Assembly: GCA_964057225.1 (NCBI GenBank)
Contig: OZ059897.1
Location: 11,160,001 to 11,224,000, forward strand
Direction of reading: 5' to 3'
Length of the DNA: 64,000 bases
From: Auanema rhodensis
Taxonomy: Eukaryota > Animalia > Nematoda
The position numbers and the translations under genes are program-made. The notes under the pieces were generated by a model. It worked only from the letters and a program-made list of their open reading frames with translations, did no database searches and was not told the origin of the DNA. Each line of letters opens with the position of its first letter. The first letter of the stretch is position 1. Positions 43,262-57,134 of the stretch are shown here, one piece after another.

Positions 43262-44382
43262 TTATTTCAAACTTTTTATCAGACTATTAAAATCGTTGTT
43301 AATTTCTACGAAATATTTCACAAAGTTTCGATTTGGTTTACAGATAATAGAATGCTTCTTGAACAGCTCTTTTTGTTTTGAGATCGCTGCATTAGCTTCG
43401 TTGAAATCATGGGGTAGATTCCACAATTTAATGCACTTCTTTGCTACTTGAATCCGTAGCTCTTTGCTCGTCTTCCAGCTTCTGTACCCGTTCAAATATT
43501 TGTGTGCCATTTCAGGATCGACACAACTCTTTATCTAAATTACAAAGATCATAATATAAAATGCTAACAATCATACTTGAAAATCAGCAATGCTCAGTTT
43601 CCCATGACCATCAATTCCATAATTCTCAGAGTGGAGATCTTTAAGAAACAGCACTCGCCGCAGCAAGTCCCTTTGAGCGTATACTTTGCTACTCACATGA
43701 TATCCTTCAGTTTCTGCTCGCCGAAAACTAGGAACTAGAACGTAATTGAATTATAAGAAACCAAAACTTTTTTGCAAGATTTACCTTCATCGGTTCCGAT
43801 GTAAAGTGCTAAACTAGAATAGTGTTTGTGTGGAATAAAATGAACTTTAGGTCCGACTCCGATCAACTCAAACAACTTATAAACAAATATTTTACGAATA
43901 TCTGCTTGTTGCCAATTTGCCAAACCTATATGTTATTTAACGTAGTACTTTCCAATCAGAATTTCATTCCGCAATACTTGACAAATGAGCCCGCCCTATA
44001 GACAATATTGTACAATTATATTTTATATCAAATTTTACCAAAAACTTACCAGGATTCCACCTTCCTCTGATCCATTCCTTTCACATCTGATGTCGAGGGC
44101 TGGGCATTCAGCGTTATCAGCAAAGAAATTTGAGAAATAATACTCTGCGGCTATTTCAATGTATTCGAAATTTTTTTCCATGTAGCGAGAGAAATTTGCA
44201 TTGAATTGGCAATGAATTTCATCAAATTGATGGTAGGTAACCAGGAATTTAGCTTTCATCAGTGGCATTAGGTGGTTCAAGGCTTGATCAACTGCTTGTT
44301 CAATTTGGGTCATTTGTTTCAAAGCGGAAGCTTGTCGAGCCCTTTTGAACTTACTCACAAAAGCTTAACAATTCGCAGTCAT
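43262..44382 (-). pseudogene. Kinase-like copy k13
   Basis: GAA>TAA in exon 2 right after the YYVK lysine (~43935). Confidence 0.7.
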
Positions 44383-44864
44383 GATGTCTCTGAAATTTAT
44401 AAAATCCATTACAAATATCAAAATATGAACAAATTGAAGATTAAAAAGTATATTGAATATTTTTAAAGGATTCTCAGTGTTGGAAACGCCAGAAATCTCT
44501 TCCGATTAAAAACATAAAATCTTCCTCCACATTTCCAAAAATACATAGACATCTTTCACACGATTAAAATATCATTAAAAAAATCATTAACAATGAGATC
44601 CCTGCATCAAAATTGCCTATTCTTAGCAATAAAGTTCATCAGCAGTGCATATACCAATGTAATAACTGTTTATAATAATTTTCAATCTCAAAAACATTTT
44701 AAATTCATACTCTTATATATCGGCAATATCTGGTCAAAGTATAATGTAAAAGACGCTTTATATTTATAATTAAATTCATATTACTTAGGCATCTTTAGTG
44801 TTATGTGATCATTATAACACAGATATTTTTCGTGACAAATACAGTGTAAAAAATGAAACCTGTT

Positions 44865-45985
44865 TTATTTCAAACTTTCTATCTGACTATTAAAATCTTT
44901 GTTAATTTCTACGAAATATTTCACAAAGTTTCGACTTGGTTTACAGATAATAGAATGCTTCTTGAACAGCTCTTTTTGTTTGGAGATCGCTGCATTAGCT
45001 TCGTTGAAATCATGGGGTAGATTCCACAATTTAATGCACTTCTTTGCTACTTGAATCCGTAGCTCTTTGCTCGTCTTCCAGCTTCTGTACCCGTTCAAAT
45101 ATTGGTGTGCCATTTCAGGATCGACACAACTCTTTATCTAAATTACAAAGATCATAATATAAAATGCTAACAATCATACTTGAAGATCAGCAATGCTCAG
45201 TTTCCCATGACCATCAATTCCATAATTCTTCGAGTGGAGATCCTTAAGAAACAGCACTCGCCGCAGCAAGTCCCTTTGAGCGTATACTTTGCTACTCACA
45301 TGAATTCCTTCAGTTTCTGCTCGCCGAAAACTAGGAACAAGAACGTAATTGAATTATAAGAAACCAAAACTTTTTTGCAAGATTTACCTTCATCGGTTCA
45401 GATGTAAAGTGCTAAACTAGAATAGTGTTTGTGTGGAATAAAATGAACCTTAGGTCCGACTCCGATCAACTCAAACAACTTATAAACAAATATTTTACGA
45501 ATATCTGCTTGTTGCCAATTTGCTAAACCTATATGTTCTTCAACGTAGTACTTTCCAATCAGAATTTCATTCCCCAATACTTGACAAATGAGCCGGCCCT
45601 ATAGACAATATTGTACAATTATATTTTATATCAAATTTTACCAAAAACTTACCAGGATTCCACCTTCCTCTGATCCATTCCTTTCACATCTGATGTCGAG
45701 GGCTGGGCATTCAGCGTTATCAGCAAAGAAGTTTGAGAAATAAAACTCTGCGGCTATTTCAATGTATTCGAAATTTTTTTCCATGTAGCGAGAGAAATTT
45801 GCTTTGAATTGGCAATGAATTTCATCAAATTGATGGTAGGTAACCAGGAATTTAGCTTTCATCAGTGGCATTAGGTGGTTCAAGGCTTGATCAACTGCTT
45901 GTTCAATTTGGGTCATTTGTTTCAATGCGGAAGCTTGTCGAGCCCTTTTGAACTTACTCACAAAAGCTTAACAATTCGCAGTCAT
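44865..45985 (-). pseudogene. Kinase-like copy k14
   Basis: Exon-2 GGA>TGA (~45399), and the intron-2 acceptor is lost (GGAACAAGAAC, ~45339). Confidence 0.7.
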
Positions 45986-46397
45986 GATGTCTCTGAAATT
46001 TATAAAATCCATTACAAATATCAAAATATGAACAAATTGAAGATTAAAAAGTATATTGAATATTTTTAAAGGATTCTCAGTGTTGGAAACGCCAGAAATC
46101 TCTTCCGATTAAAAACATAAAATATTCCTCCACATTTCCAAAAATACATAGACATCTTTCACACGATTAAAGTATCATTAAAAAAATCATTAACAATGAG
46201 ATCCCTGCATCAAAATTACCTATTCTTAGCAATAAAGTGCATCAGCAGTGCATATACCAATGTTATAACTGTTTATAATAATTTTCAATCTCAAAAACAT
46301 TTTAAATTCATACTCTACTATGTTTACATTATCAGGTCAAAGTATAATGTAAAAGACGCTTTGTATTTATATTCAAATTCATATTACTTAGGCATCT

Positions 46398-47518
46398 TTA
46401 GTGTTTGTAATCATTATAACACACATATTTTTCGTAACAAATACAGTGTAAAAAATGAAACCTGTTATATTTCAAACTTTCTATCAGACTATTAAGATCG
46501 TTTTTAATTTCTACAGAATATCTCTCAAAGTTTCGACTTGGTTTACAGATGATAGAATGCTTCTTGAACAGCTCTTTTTGTTTGAAGATCGCTTCATTAG
46601 CTTCGTTGAAATCATGGGGTAGATTCCACAATTTAATGCACTTCTTTGCTACTTGAATCCGTAGCTCTTTGCTCGTCTTCCAGCTTCTGTACCCGTTCAA
46701 ATATTTGTGTGCCATTTCAGGATCGACACAACTCTTTATCTAAAATACAAAGATCATAATATAAAATGCTTACAATCATACTTGAAGATCAGCAATGCTC
46801 AGTTTCCCATGACCATCAATTCCATAATTCTTCGAGTGGAGATCCTTAAGAAACAGCACTCGCCGCAGCAAGTCCCTTTGAGCGTATACTTTGCTAATCA
46901 CATGAATTCCTTCAGTTTCTGCTCGCCGAAAACTAGGAACTAGAACGTAATTGAATTATAAGAAACCAAAACTTTTTCGCAAGATTTACCTTCATCGGTT
47001 CCGATGTAAAGTGCTAAACTAGAATAGTGTTTGTGTGGAATAAAATGAACCTTAGGTCCGACTCCGATCAACTCAAACAACTTATAAACAAATATTTTAC
47101 GAATATCTGCTTGTTGCCAATTTGCTAAACCTATATGTTCTTTAACGTAGTACTTTCCAATCAGAATTTCATTCCGCAATACTTGACAAATGAGCCCGCA
47201 CTAAAAACAATATTGTACAATTATATTTTATATCAAATTTTATCGAAAACTTACCAGGATTCCACCTTCCTCTGATCCATTCCTTTCACATCTGTTGTCG
47301 AGGGCTGGGCATTCAGCGTTATCAGCAAAGAAATTTGAGAAATAATACTCTGCGGCTATTTCAATGTATTCGAAATTTTTTTCCATGTAGCGAGAGAAAT
47401 TTGCATTGAACTGGCAATAAATTTCATCAAATTGATGATAGGTGACCAGGAATTTAGCTTTGATCAGTGGCATTAGGTGGTTCAAGGCTTGATCAACTGC
47501 TTGTTCAATTTGGGTCAT
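46398..47518 (-). CDS. Kinase-like copy k15, open from internal Met, read-through tail
   Basis: Exons appear open. The stop is TAA>TAT. Near-duplicate of k11. Confidence 0.5.
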
Positions 47519-48068
47519 TTGTTTCAATGCGGAAGCTTGTCGAGCCCTTTTGAACTTACTCACAAAAGCTTAACAATTCGCAGTCATGATGTCTCTGAAA
47601 TTTATAAAATCCTTTACAAATATCAAAATATGAACAAATTGAAGATTAAAAAGTATATTGAATATTTTTAAAGGATTCTCAGTGTTGGAAACGCCAGAAA
47701 TCTCTTCCGATTAAAAACATAAAATCTTCCTCCACATTTCCAAAAATACATAGACATCTTTCACACGATTAAAATATCATTAAAAAAATCATTAACAATG
47801 AGATCCCTGCATCAAAATTGCCTATTCTTAGCAATAAAGTTCATCAGCAGTGCATATACCAATGTAATAACTATTTATAATAATTTTCAATCTCAAAAAC
47901 ATTTTAAATTCATACTCTTATATATCGGCAATATCTGGTCAAAGTATAATGTAAAAGACGCTTTATATTTATAATTAAATTCATATTACTTAGGCATCTT
48001 TAGTGTTATGTGATCATTATAACACAGATATTTTTCGTGACAAATACAGTGTAAAAAATGAACCTGTT

Positions 48069-49189
48069 TTATTTCAAACTTTCTATCAGACTATTAAAAT
48101 CGTTGTTAATTTCTACGAAATATTTCACAAAGTTTCGATTTGGTTTACAGATAATAGAATGCTTCTTGAACAGCTCTTTTTGTTTTGAGATCGCTGCATT
48201 AGCTTCGTTGAAATCATGGGGTAGAATCCACAATTTAATGCACTTCTTTGCTACTTGAATCCGTAGCTCTTTGCTCGTCTTCCAGCTTCTGTACCCGTTC
48301 AAATATTTGTGTGCCATTTCAGGATCGACACAACTCTTTATCTAAATTACAAAGATCATAATATAAAATGCTAACAATCATACTTGAAAATCAGCAATGC
48401 TCAGTTTCCCATGACCATCAATTCCATAATTCTTCGAGTGGAGATCCTTAAGAAACAGCACTCGCCGCAGCAAGTCCCTTTGAGCGTATACTTTGCTAAT
48501 CACATGAATTCCTTCAGTTTCTGCTCGCCGAAAACTAGGAACTAGAACGTAATTGAATTATAAGAAACCAAAACTTTTTCGCAAGATTTACCTTCATCGG
48601 CTCCGATGTAAAGTGCTAAACTAGAATAGTGTTTGTGTGGAATAAAATGAACCTTAGGTCCGACTCCGATCAACTCAAACAACTTATAAACAAATATTTT
48701 ACGAATAACTGCTTGTTGCCAATTTGCTAAACCTATATGTTCTTTAACGTAGTACTTTCCAATCAGAATTTCATTCCGCAATACTTGACAAATGAGCCCG
48801 CACTAAAAACAATATTGTACAATTATATTTTATATCAAATTTTACCAAAAACTTACCAGGATTCCACCTTCCTCTGATCCATTCCTTTCACATCTGATGT
48901 CGAGGGCTGAGCATTCAGCGTTATCAGCAAAGAAATTTGAGAAATAATACTCTGCGGCTATTTCAATGTATTCGAAATTTTTTTCCATGTAGCGAGAGAA
49001 ATTTGCATTGAATTGGCAATGAATTTCATCAAATTGATGGTAGGTAACCAGGAATTTAGCTTTCATCAGTGGCATTAAGTGGTTCAAGGCTTGATCAACT
49101 GCTTGTTCAACTTGGGTCATTTGTTTCAAAGCGGAAGCTTGTCGAGCCCTTTTGAACTTACTCACAAAAGCTAAACAATTCGCAGTCAT
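48069..49189 (-). CDS. Atypical protein-kinase-like (PI3K/PI4K/HipA-type DxHxxN) protein, 324 aa, copy k16; exons 49189-48857, 48802-48592, 48541-48384, 48341-48069
   Basis: Three GT-AG introns (54, 50, 42 nt; donors GTAAGT, GTAAAT, GTATGA; phases 0, 1, 0) join 333+211+158+273 = 975 nt into one open frame. Motifs: NGSEEGGIL (Gly-rich loop), YYVKEH (putative beta3 Lys), DLHSKNYGIDGHGKLSIADF (catalytic loop plus DFG-like). TTTCAG lies 7 nt upstream of the ATG and AATAAA overlaps the stop. Confidence 0.8.
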
Positions 49190-49196
49190 GATGTCT

Positions 49197-49202
49197 CTGA
49201 AA
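49197..49202 (-). promoter_or_regulatory. TTTCAG splice acceptor 7 nt upstream of the first ATG (possible SL trans-splice site; present in the other units)
   Basis: Minus strand reads AATTTCAG|AGACATC ATG after an AT-rich upstream stretch. It matches the nematode acceptor consensus; function is inferred. Confidence 0.4.
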
Positions 49203-49671
49203 TTTATAAAATCCATTACAAATATCAAAATATGAACAAATTGAAGATTAAAAAGTATATTGAATATTTTTAAAGAATTCTCAGTGTTGGAAACGCCAGA
49301 AATCTCTTCCGATTAAAAACATAAAATCTTCCTCCACATTTCCAAAAATACATAGACATCTTTCACACGATTAAAATATCATTAACAAAATCATTAACAA
49401 TGAGATCCCCGCATCAAAATTGCCTATTCTTAGCAATAAAGTTCATCAGCAGTGCATATACCAAGGTAATAACTGGTTATAATAATTTTCAATCTCAAAA
49501 ACATTTTAAATTCATACTCTAATATATCGGCAATATCTCGTCAAAGTATAATGTAAAAGACGCTTGATATTTATATTTAAATTCATATGACTTAGGCATC
49601 TTTAGTGTTATGTGATCATTATAACACAGATATTTTGCGTGACAAATACAGTGTAAAAAATGAAACCTGTT

Positions 49672-50723
49672 TTATTTCAAACTTTCTATCAGACTATTAA
49701 AATCGTTGTTAATTTCTACGAAATATTTCACAAAGTTTCGACTTGGTTTACAGTTAATAGAATGCTTCTTGAACAGCTCTTTTTGTTTGGAGATCGCTGC
49801 ATTAGCTTCGTTGAAATCATGGGGTAGACTCCACAATTTAATGCACTTCTTTGCTACTTGAATCCGTAGCTCTTTGCTCGTCTTCCAGCTTCTGTACCCG
49901 TTCAAATATTTGTGTGCCATTTCAGGATCGACACAACTCTTTATCTAAATTACAAAGATCATAATATAAAATGCTAACAATCATACTTGAAAATCAGCAA
50001 TGCTCAGTTTCCCATGACCATCAATTCCATAATTCTTCGAGTGGAGATCCTTAAGAAACAGCACTCGCCGCAGCAAGTCCCTTTGAGCGTATACTTTGCT
50101 ACTCACATGAATTCCTTCAGTTTCTGCTCGCCGAAAACTAGAAACTAGAACGTAATTGAATTATAAGAAACCAAAACTTTTTCGCAAGATTTACCTTCAT
50201 CGGTTCCGATGTAAAGTGCTAAACTAGAATAGTGTTTGTGTGGAATAAAATGAACCTTAGGTCCGACTCCGATCAACTCAAACAACTTATAAACAAATAT
50301 TTTACGAATATCTGCTTGTTGCCAATTTGCTAAACCTATATGTTCTTTAACGTAGTACTTTCCAATCAGAATTTCATTCCGCAATACTTGACAAATGAGC
50401 CCGCCCTATAGACAATATTGTACAATTATATTTTATATCAAATTTTACCAAAAACTTACCAGGATTCCACCTTCCTCTGATCCATTCCTTTCACATCTGA
50501 TGTCGAGGGCTGGGCATTCAGCGTTATCAGCAAAGAAATTTGAGAAATAATACTCTGCGGCTATTTCAATGTATTCGAAATTTTTTTCCATGTAGCGAGA
50601 GAAATTTGCATTGAATTGGCAATGAATTTCATCAAATTGATGGTAGGTAACCAGGAATTTAGCTTTCATCAGTGGCATTAGGTGGTTCAAGGCTTGATCA
50701 ACTGCTTGTTCAATTTGGGTCAT
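49672..50723 (-). CDS. Kinase-like copy k17, ~301 aa from internal Met, ADF variant
   Basis: Four exons appear open with GT-AG sites intact. Confidence 0.6.
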
Positions 50724-51274
50724 TTGTTTCAAAGCGGAAGCTTGTCGAGCCCTTTTGAACTTACTCACAAAAGCTTAACAATTCGCAGTCATGATGTCTC
50801 TGAAATTTATAAAATCCATTACAAATATCAAAATATGAACAAATTGAAGATTAAAAAGTATATTGAATATTTTCAAAGGATTCTCAGTGTTGGAAACGCC
50901 AGAAATCTCTTCCGATTAAAAACATAAAATCTTCCTCCACATTACCAAAAATACATAGACATCTTTCACACGATTAAAATATCATTAAAAAAATCATTAA
51001 CAATGAGATCCCTGCATCAAAATTGCCTATTCTTAGCAATAAAGTTCATCAGCAGTGCATATACCAATGTAATAACTGTTTATAATAATTTTCAATCTCA
51101 AAAACATTTTAAATTCATACTCTAATATATCGGCAATATCTGGTCAAAGTATAATGTAAAAGACGCTTTATATTTATAATTAAATTCATATTACTTAGGC
51201 ATCTTTAGTGTTATGTGATCATTATAACACAGATATTTTTCGTGACAAATACAGTGTAAAAAATGAAACCTGTT

Positions 51275-52326
51275 TTATTTCAATTTTTCTATCAGACTAT
51301 TAAAATCGTTGTTAATTTCTACGAAATATTTCACAAAGTTTCGACTTGGTTTACAGATAATAGAATGCTTCTTGAACAGCTCTTTTTGTTTGGAGATCGC
51401 TGCATTAGCTTCGTTGAAATCATGGGGTAGACTCCACAATTTAATGCACTTCTTTGCTACTTGAATCCGTAGCTCTTTGCTCGTCTTCCAGCTTCTGTAC
51501 CCGTTCAAATATTTGTGTGCCATTTCAGGATCGACACAACTCTTTATCTAAATTACAAAGATCATAATATAAAATGCTAACAATCATACTTGAAAATCAG
51601 CAATGCTCAGTTTCCCATGACCATCAATTCCATAATTCTTCGAGTGGAGATCCTTAAGAAACAGCACTCGCCGCAGCAAGTCCCTTTGAGCGTATACTTT
51701 GCTACTCACATGAATTCCTTCAGTTTCTGCTCGCCGAAAACTAGAAACTAGAACGTAATTGAATTATAAGAAACCAAAACTTTTTCGCAAGATTTACCTT
51801 CATCGGTTCCGATGTAAAGTGCTAAACTAGAATAGTGTTTGTGTGGAATAAAATGAACCTTAGGTCCGACTCCGATCAACTCAAACAACTTATAAACAAA
51901 TATTTTACGAATATCTGCTTGTTGCCAATTTGCTAAACCTATATGTTCTTTAACGTAGTACTTTCCAATCAGAATTTCATTCCGCAATACTTGAAAAATG
52001 AGCCCGCCCTATAGACAATATTGTACAATTATATTTTATATCAAATTTTACCAAAAACTTACCAGGATTCCACCTTCCTCTGATCCATTCCTTTCACATC
52101 TGATTTCGAGGGCTGGGCATTCAGCGTTATCAGCAAAGAAGTTTGAGAAATAAAACTCTGCGGCTATTTCAATGTATTCGAAATTTTTTTCCATGTAGCG
52201 AGAGAAATTTGCATTGAATTGGCAATAAATTTCATCAAATTGATGGTAGGTGACCAGGAATTTAGCTTTCATCAGTGGCATTAGGTGGTTCAAGGCTTGA
52301 TCAACTGCTTGTTCAATTTGGGTCAT
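51275..52326 (-). CDS. Kinase-like copy k18, ~301 aa, ADF variant
   Basis: Four exons appear open with GT-AG sites intact. Confidence 0.6.
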
Positions 52327-52877
52327 TTGTTTCAAAGCGGAAGCTTGTCGAGCCCTTTTGAACTTACTCACAAAAGCTTAACAATTCGCAGTCATGATGT
52401 CTCTGAAATTTATAAAATCCATTACAAATATCAAAATATGAACAAATTGAAGATTAAAAAGTATATTGAATATTTTCAAAGGATTCTCAGTGTTGGAAAC
52501 GCCAGAAATCTCTTCCGATTAAAAACATAAAATCTTCCTCCACATTACCAAAAATACATAGACATCTTTCACACGATTAAAATATCATTAAAAAAATCAT
52601 TAACAATGAGATCCCTGCATCAAAATTGCCTATTCTTAGCAATAAAGTTCATCAGCAGTGCATATACCAATGTAATAACTGTTTATAATAATTTTCAATC
52701 TCAAAAACATTTTAAATTCATACTCTAATATATCGGCAATATCTGGTCAAAGTATAATGTAAAAGACGCTTTATATTTATAATTAAATTCATATTACTTA
52801 GGCATCTTTAGTGTTATGTGATCATTATAACACAGATATTTTTCGTGACAAATACAGTGTAAAAAATGAAACCTGTT

Positions 52878-53929
52878 TTATTTCAATTTTTCTATCAGAC
52901 TATTAAAATCGTTGTTAATTTCTACGAAATATTTCACAAAGTTTCGACTTGGTTTACAGATAATAGAATGCTTCTTGAACAGCTCTTTTTGTTTGGAGAT
53001 CGCTGCATTAGCTTCGTTGAAATCATGGGGTAGACTCCACAATTTAATGCACTTCTTTGCTACTTGAATCCGTAGCTCTTTGCTCGTCTTCCAGCTTCTG
53101 TACCCGTTCAAATATTTGTGTGCCATTTCAGGATCGACACAACTCTTTATCTAAATTACAAAGATCATAATATAAAATGCTAACAATCATACTTGAAAAT
53201 CAGCAATGCTCAGTTTCCCATGACCATCAATTCCATAATTCTTCGAGTGGAGATCCTTAAGAAACAGCACTCGCCGCAGCAAGTCCCTTTGAGCGTATAC
53301 TTTGCTACTCACATGAATTCCTTCAGTTTCTGCTCGCCGAAAACTAGAAACTAGAACGTAATTGAATTATAAGAAACCAAAACTTTTTCGCAAGATTTAC
53401 CTTCATCGGTTCCGATGTAAAGTGCTAAACTAGAATAGTGTTTGTGTGGAATAAAATGAACCTTAGGTCCGACTCCGATCAACTCAAACAACTTATAAAC
53501 AAATATTTTACGAATATCTGCTTGTTGCCAATTTGCTAAACCTATATGTTCTTTAACGTAGTACTTTCCAATCAGAATTTCATTCCGCAATACTTGAAAA
53601 ATGAGCCCGCCCTATAGACAATATTGTACAATTATATTTTATATCAAATTTTACCAAAAACTTACCAGGATTCCACCTTCCTCTGATCCATTCCTTTCAC
53701 ATCTGATTTCGAGGGCTGGGCATTCAGCGTTATCAGCAAAGAAGTTTGAGAAATAAAACTCTGCGGCTATTTCAATGTATTCGAAATTTTTTTCCATGTA
53801 GCGAGAGAAATTTGCATTGAATTGGCAATAAATTTCATCAAATTGATGGTAGGTGACCAGGAATTTAGCTTTCATCAGTGGCATTAGGTGGTTCAAGGCT
53901 TGATCAACTGCTTGTTCAATTTGGGTCAT
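52878..53929 (-). CDS. Kinase-like copy k19, ~301 aa, ADF variant
   Basis: Four exons appear open from the internal Met. Confidence 0.6.
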
Positions 53930-54480
53930 TTGTTTCAATGCGGAAGCTTGTCAAGCCCTTTTGAACTTACTCACAAAAGCTTAACAATTCGCAGTCATGA
54001 TGTCTCTGAAATTTATAAAATCCATTACAAATATCAAAATATGAACAAATTGAAGATTAAAAAGTATATTGAATATTTTTAAAGGATTCTCAGTGTTGGA
54101 AACGCCAGAAATCTCTTCCGATTAAAAACATAAAATCTTCCTCCACATTTCCAAAAATACATAGACATCTTTCACACGATTAAAATATCATTAACAAAAT
54201 CATTAACAATGAGATCCCTGCATCAAAATTGCCTATTCTTAGCAATAAAGTTCATCAGCAGTGCATATACCAAGGTAATAACTGGTTATAATAATTTTCA
54301 ATCTCAAAAACATTTTAAATTCATACTCTAATATATCGGCAATATCTGGTCAAAGTATAATGTAAAAGACGCTTTATATTTATAATTAAATTCATATTAC
54401 TTAGGCATCTTTAGTGTTATGTGATCATTATAACACAGATATTTTTCGTGACAAATACAGTGTAAAAAATGAAACCTGTT

Positions 54481-55532
54481 TTATTTCAAACTTTCTATCA
54501 GACTATTAAAATCGTTGTTAATTTCTACGAAATATTTCACAAAGTTTCGACTTGGTTTACAGATAATAGAATGCTTCTTGAACAGCTTTTTTTGTTTGGA
54601 GATCGCTGCATTAGCTTCGTTGAAATCGTGGGGTAGACTCCACAATTTAATGCACTTCTTTGCTACTTGAATCCGTAGCTCTTTGCTCGTCTTCCAGCTT
54701 CTGTACCCGTTCAAATATTTGTGTGCCATTTCAGGATCGACACAACTCTTTATCTAAATTACAAAGATCATAATATAAAATGCTAACAATCATACTTGAA
54801 AATCAGCAATGCTCAGTTTCCCATGACCATCAATTCCATAATTCTTAGAGTGGAGATCTTTAAGAAACAGCACTCGCCGCAGCAAGTCCCTTTGAGCGTA
54901 TACTTTGCTACTCACATGATATCCTTCAGTTTTTGCTCGCCGAAAACTAGGAACTAGAACGTAATTGAATTATAAGAAACCAAAACTTTTTTGCAAGATT
55001 TACCTTCATCGCTTCCGATGTAAAGTGCTAAACTAGAATAGTGTTTGTGTGGAATAAAATGAACTTTAGGTCCGACTCCGATCAACTCAAACAACTTATA
55101 AACAAATATTTTACGAATATCTGCTTGTTGCCAATTTGCTAAACCTATATGTTCTTTAACGTAGTACTTTCCAATCAGAATTTCATTCCGCAATACTTGA
55201 CAAATGAGCCCGCACTAAAAACAATATTGTACAAATATATTTTATATCAAATTTTATCGAAAACTTACCAGGATTCCACCTTCCTCTGATCCATTCCTTT
55301 CACATCTGATTTCGAGGGCTGGGCATTCAGCGTTATCAGCAAAGAAGTTTGAGAAATAAAACTCTGCGGCTATTTCAATGTATTCGAAATTTTTTTCCAT
55401 GTAGCGAGAGAAATTTGCATTGAATTGGCAATAAATTTCATCAAATTGATGGTAGGTGACCAGGAATTTAGCTTTCATCAGTGGCATTAGGTGGTTCAAG
55501 GCTTGATCAACTGCTTGTTCAATTTGGGTCAT
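54481..55532 (-). CDS. Kinase-like copy k20, ~301 aa, ADF variant
   Basis: Four exons appear open. Synonymous changes occur in and next to the catalytic loop (AAG>AAA, TCG>TCT). Confidence 0.6.
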
Positions 55533-56013
55533 TTGTTTCAATGCGGAAGCTTGTCAAGCCCTTTTGAACTTACTCACAAAAGCTTAACAATTCGCAGTCA
55601 TGATGTCTCTGAAATTTATAAAATCCATTACAAATATCAAAATATGAACAAATTGAAGATTAAAAAGTATATTGAATATTTTTAAAGGATTCTCAGTGTT
55701 GGAAACGCCAGAAATCTCTTCCGATTAAAAACATAAAATCTTCCTCCACATTTCCAAAAATACATAGACATCTTTCACACGATTAAAATATCATTAACAA
55801 AATCATTAACAATGAGATCCCTGCATCAAAATTGCCTATTCTTAGCAATAAAGTTCATCAGCAGTGCATATACCAAGGTAATAACTGGTTATAATAATTT
55901 TCAATCTCAAAAACATTTTAATTTCATACTCTACTATGTTTACATTATCAGGTCAAAGTGTAATGTAAAAGACGCTTTGTATTTATATTCAAATTCATAT
56001 TACTTAGACATCT

Positions 56014-57134
56014 TTAGTGTTTGTAATCATTATAACACACATATTTTTCGTAACAAATACAGTGTAAAAAATGAAACCTGTTATATTTCAATTTTTCTAT
56101 CAGACTATTAAAATCGTTGTTAATTTCTACGAAATATTTCACAAAGTTTCGACTTGGTTTACAGATAATAGAATGCTTCTTGAACAGCTCTTTTTGTTTG
56201 GAGATCGCTGCATTAGCTTCGTTGAAATCATGGGGTAGACTCCACAATTTAATGCACTTCTTTGCTACTTGAATCCGTAGCTCTTTGCTCGTCTTCCAGC
56301 TTCTGTACCCGTTCAAATATTTGTGTGCCATTTCAGGATCGACACAACTCTTTATCTAAATTACAAAGATCATAATATAAAATGCTAACAATCATACTTG
56401 AAAATCAGCAATGCTCAGTTTCCCATGACCATCAATTCCATAATTCTTCGAGTGGAGATCCTTAAGAAACAGCACTCGCCGCAGCAAGTCCCTTTGAGCG
56501 TATACTTTGCTAATCACATGAATTCCTTCAGTTTCTGCTCGCCGAAAACTAGGAACTAGAACGTAATTGAATTATAAGAAACCAAAACTTTTTCGCAAGA
56601 TTTACCTTCATCGGTTCCGATGTAAAGTGCTAAACTAGAATAGTGTTTGTGTGGAATAAAATGAACCTTAGGTCCGACTCCGATCAACTCAAACAACTTA
56701 TAAACAAATATTTTACGAATATCTGCTTGTTGCCAATTTGCTAAACCTATATGTTCTTTAACGTAGTACTTTCCAATCAGAATTTCATTCCGCAATACTT
56801 GACAAATGAGCCCGCACTAAAAACAATATTGTACAATTATATTTTATATCAAATTTTATCGAAAACTTACCAGGATTCCACCTTCCTCTGATCCATTCCT
56901 TTCACATCTGTTGTCGAGGGCTGGGCATTCAGCGTTATCAGCAAAGAAATTTGAGAAATAATACTCTGCGGCTATTTCAATGTATTCGAAATTTTTTTCC
57001 ATGTAGCGAGAGAAATTTGCATTGAACTGGCAATAAATTTCATCAAATTGATGATAGGTGACCAGGAATTTAGCTTTGATCAGTGGCATTAGGTGGTTCA
57101 AGGCTTGATCAACTGCTTGTTCAATTTGGGTCAT
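56014..57134 (-). CDS. Kinase-like copy k21, ADF variant, read-through tail
   Basis: Exons appear open. The stop is TAA>TAT. Confidence 0.5.
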
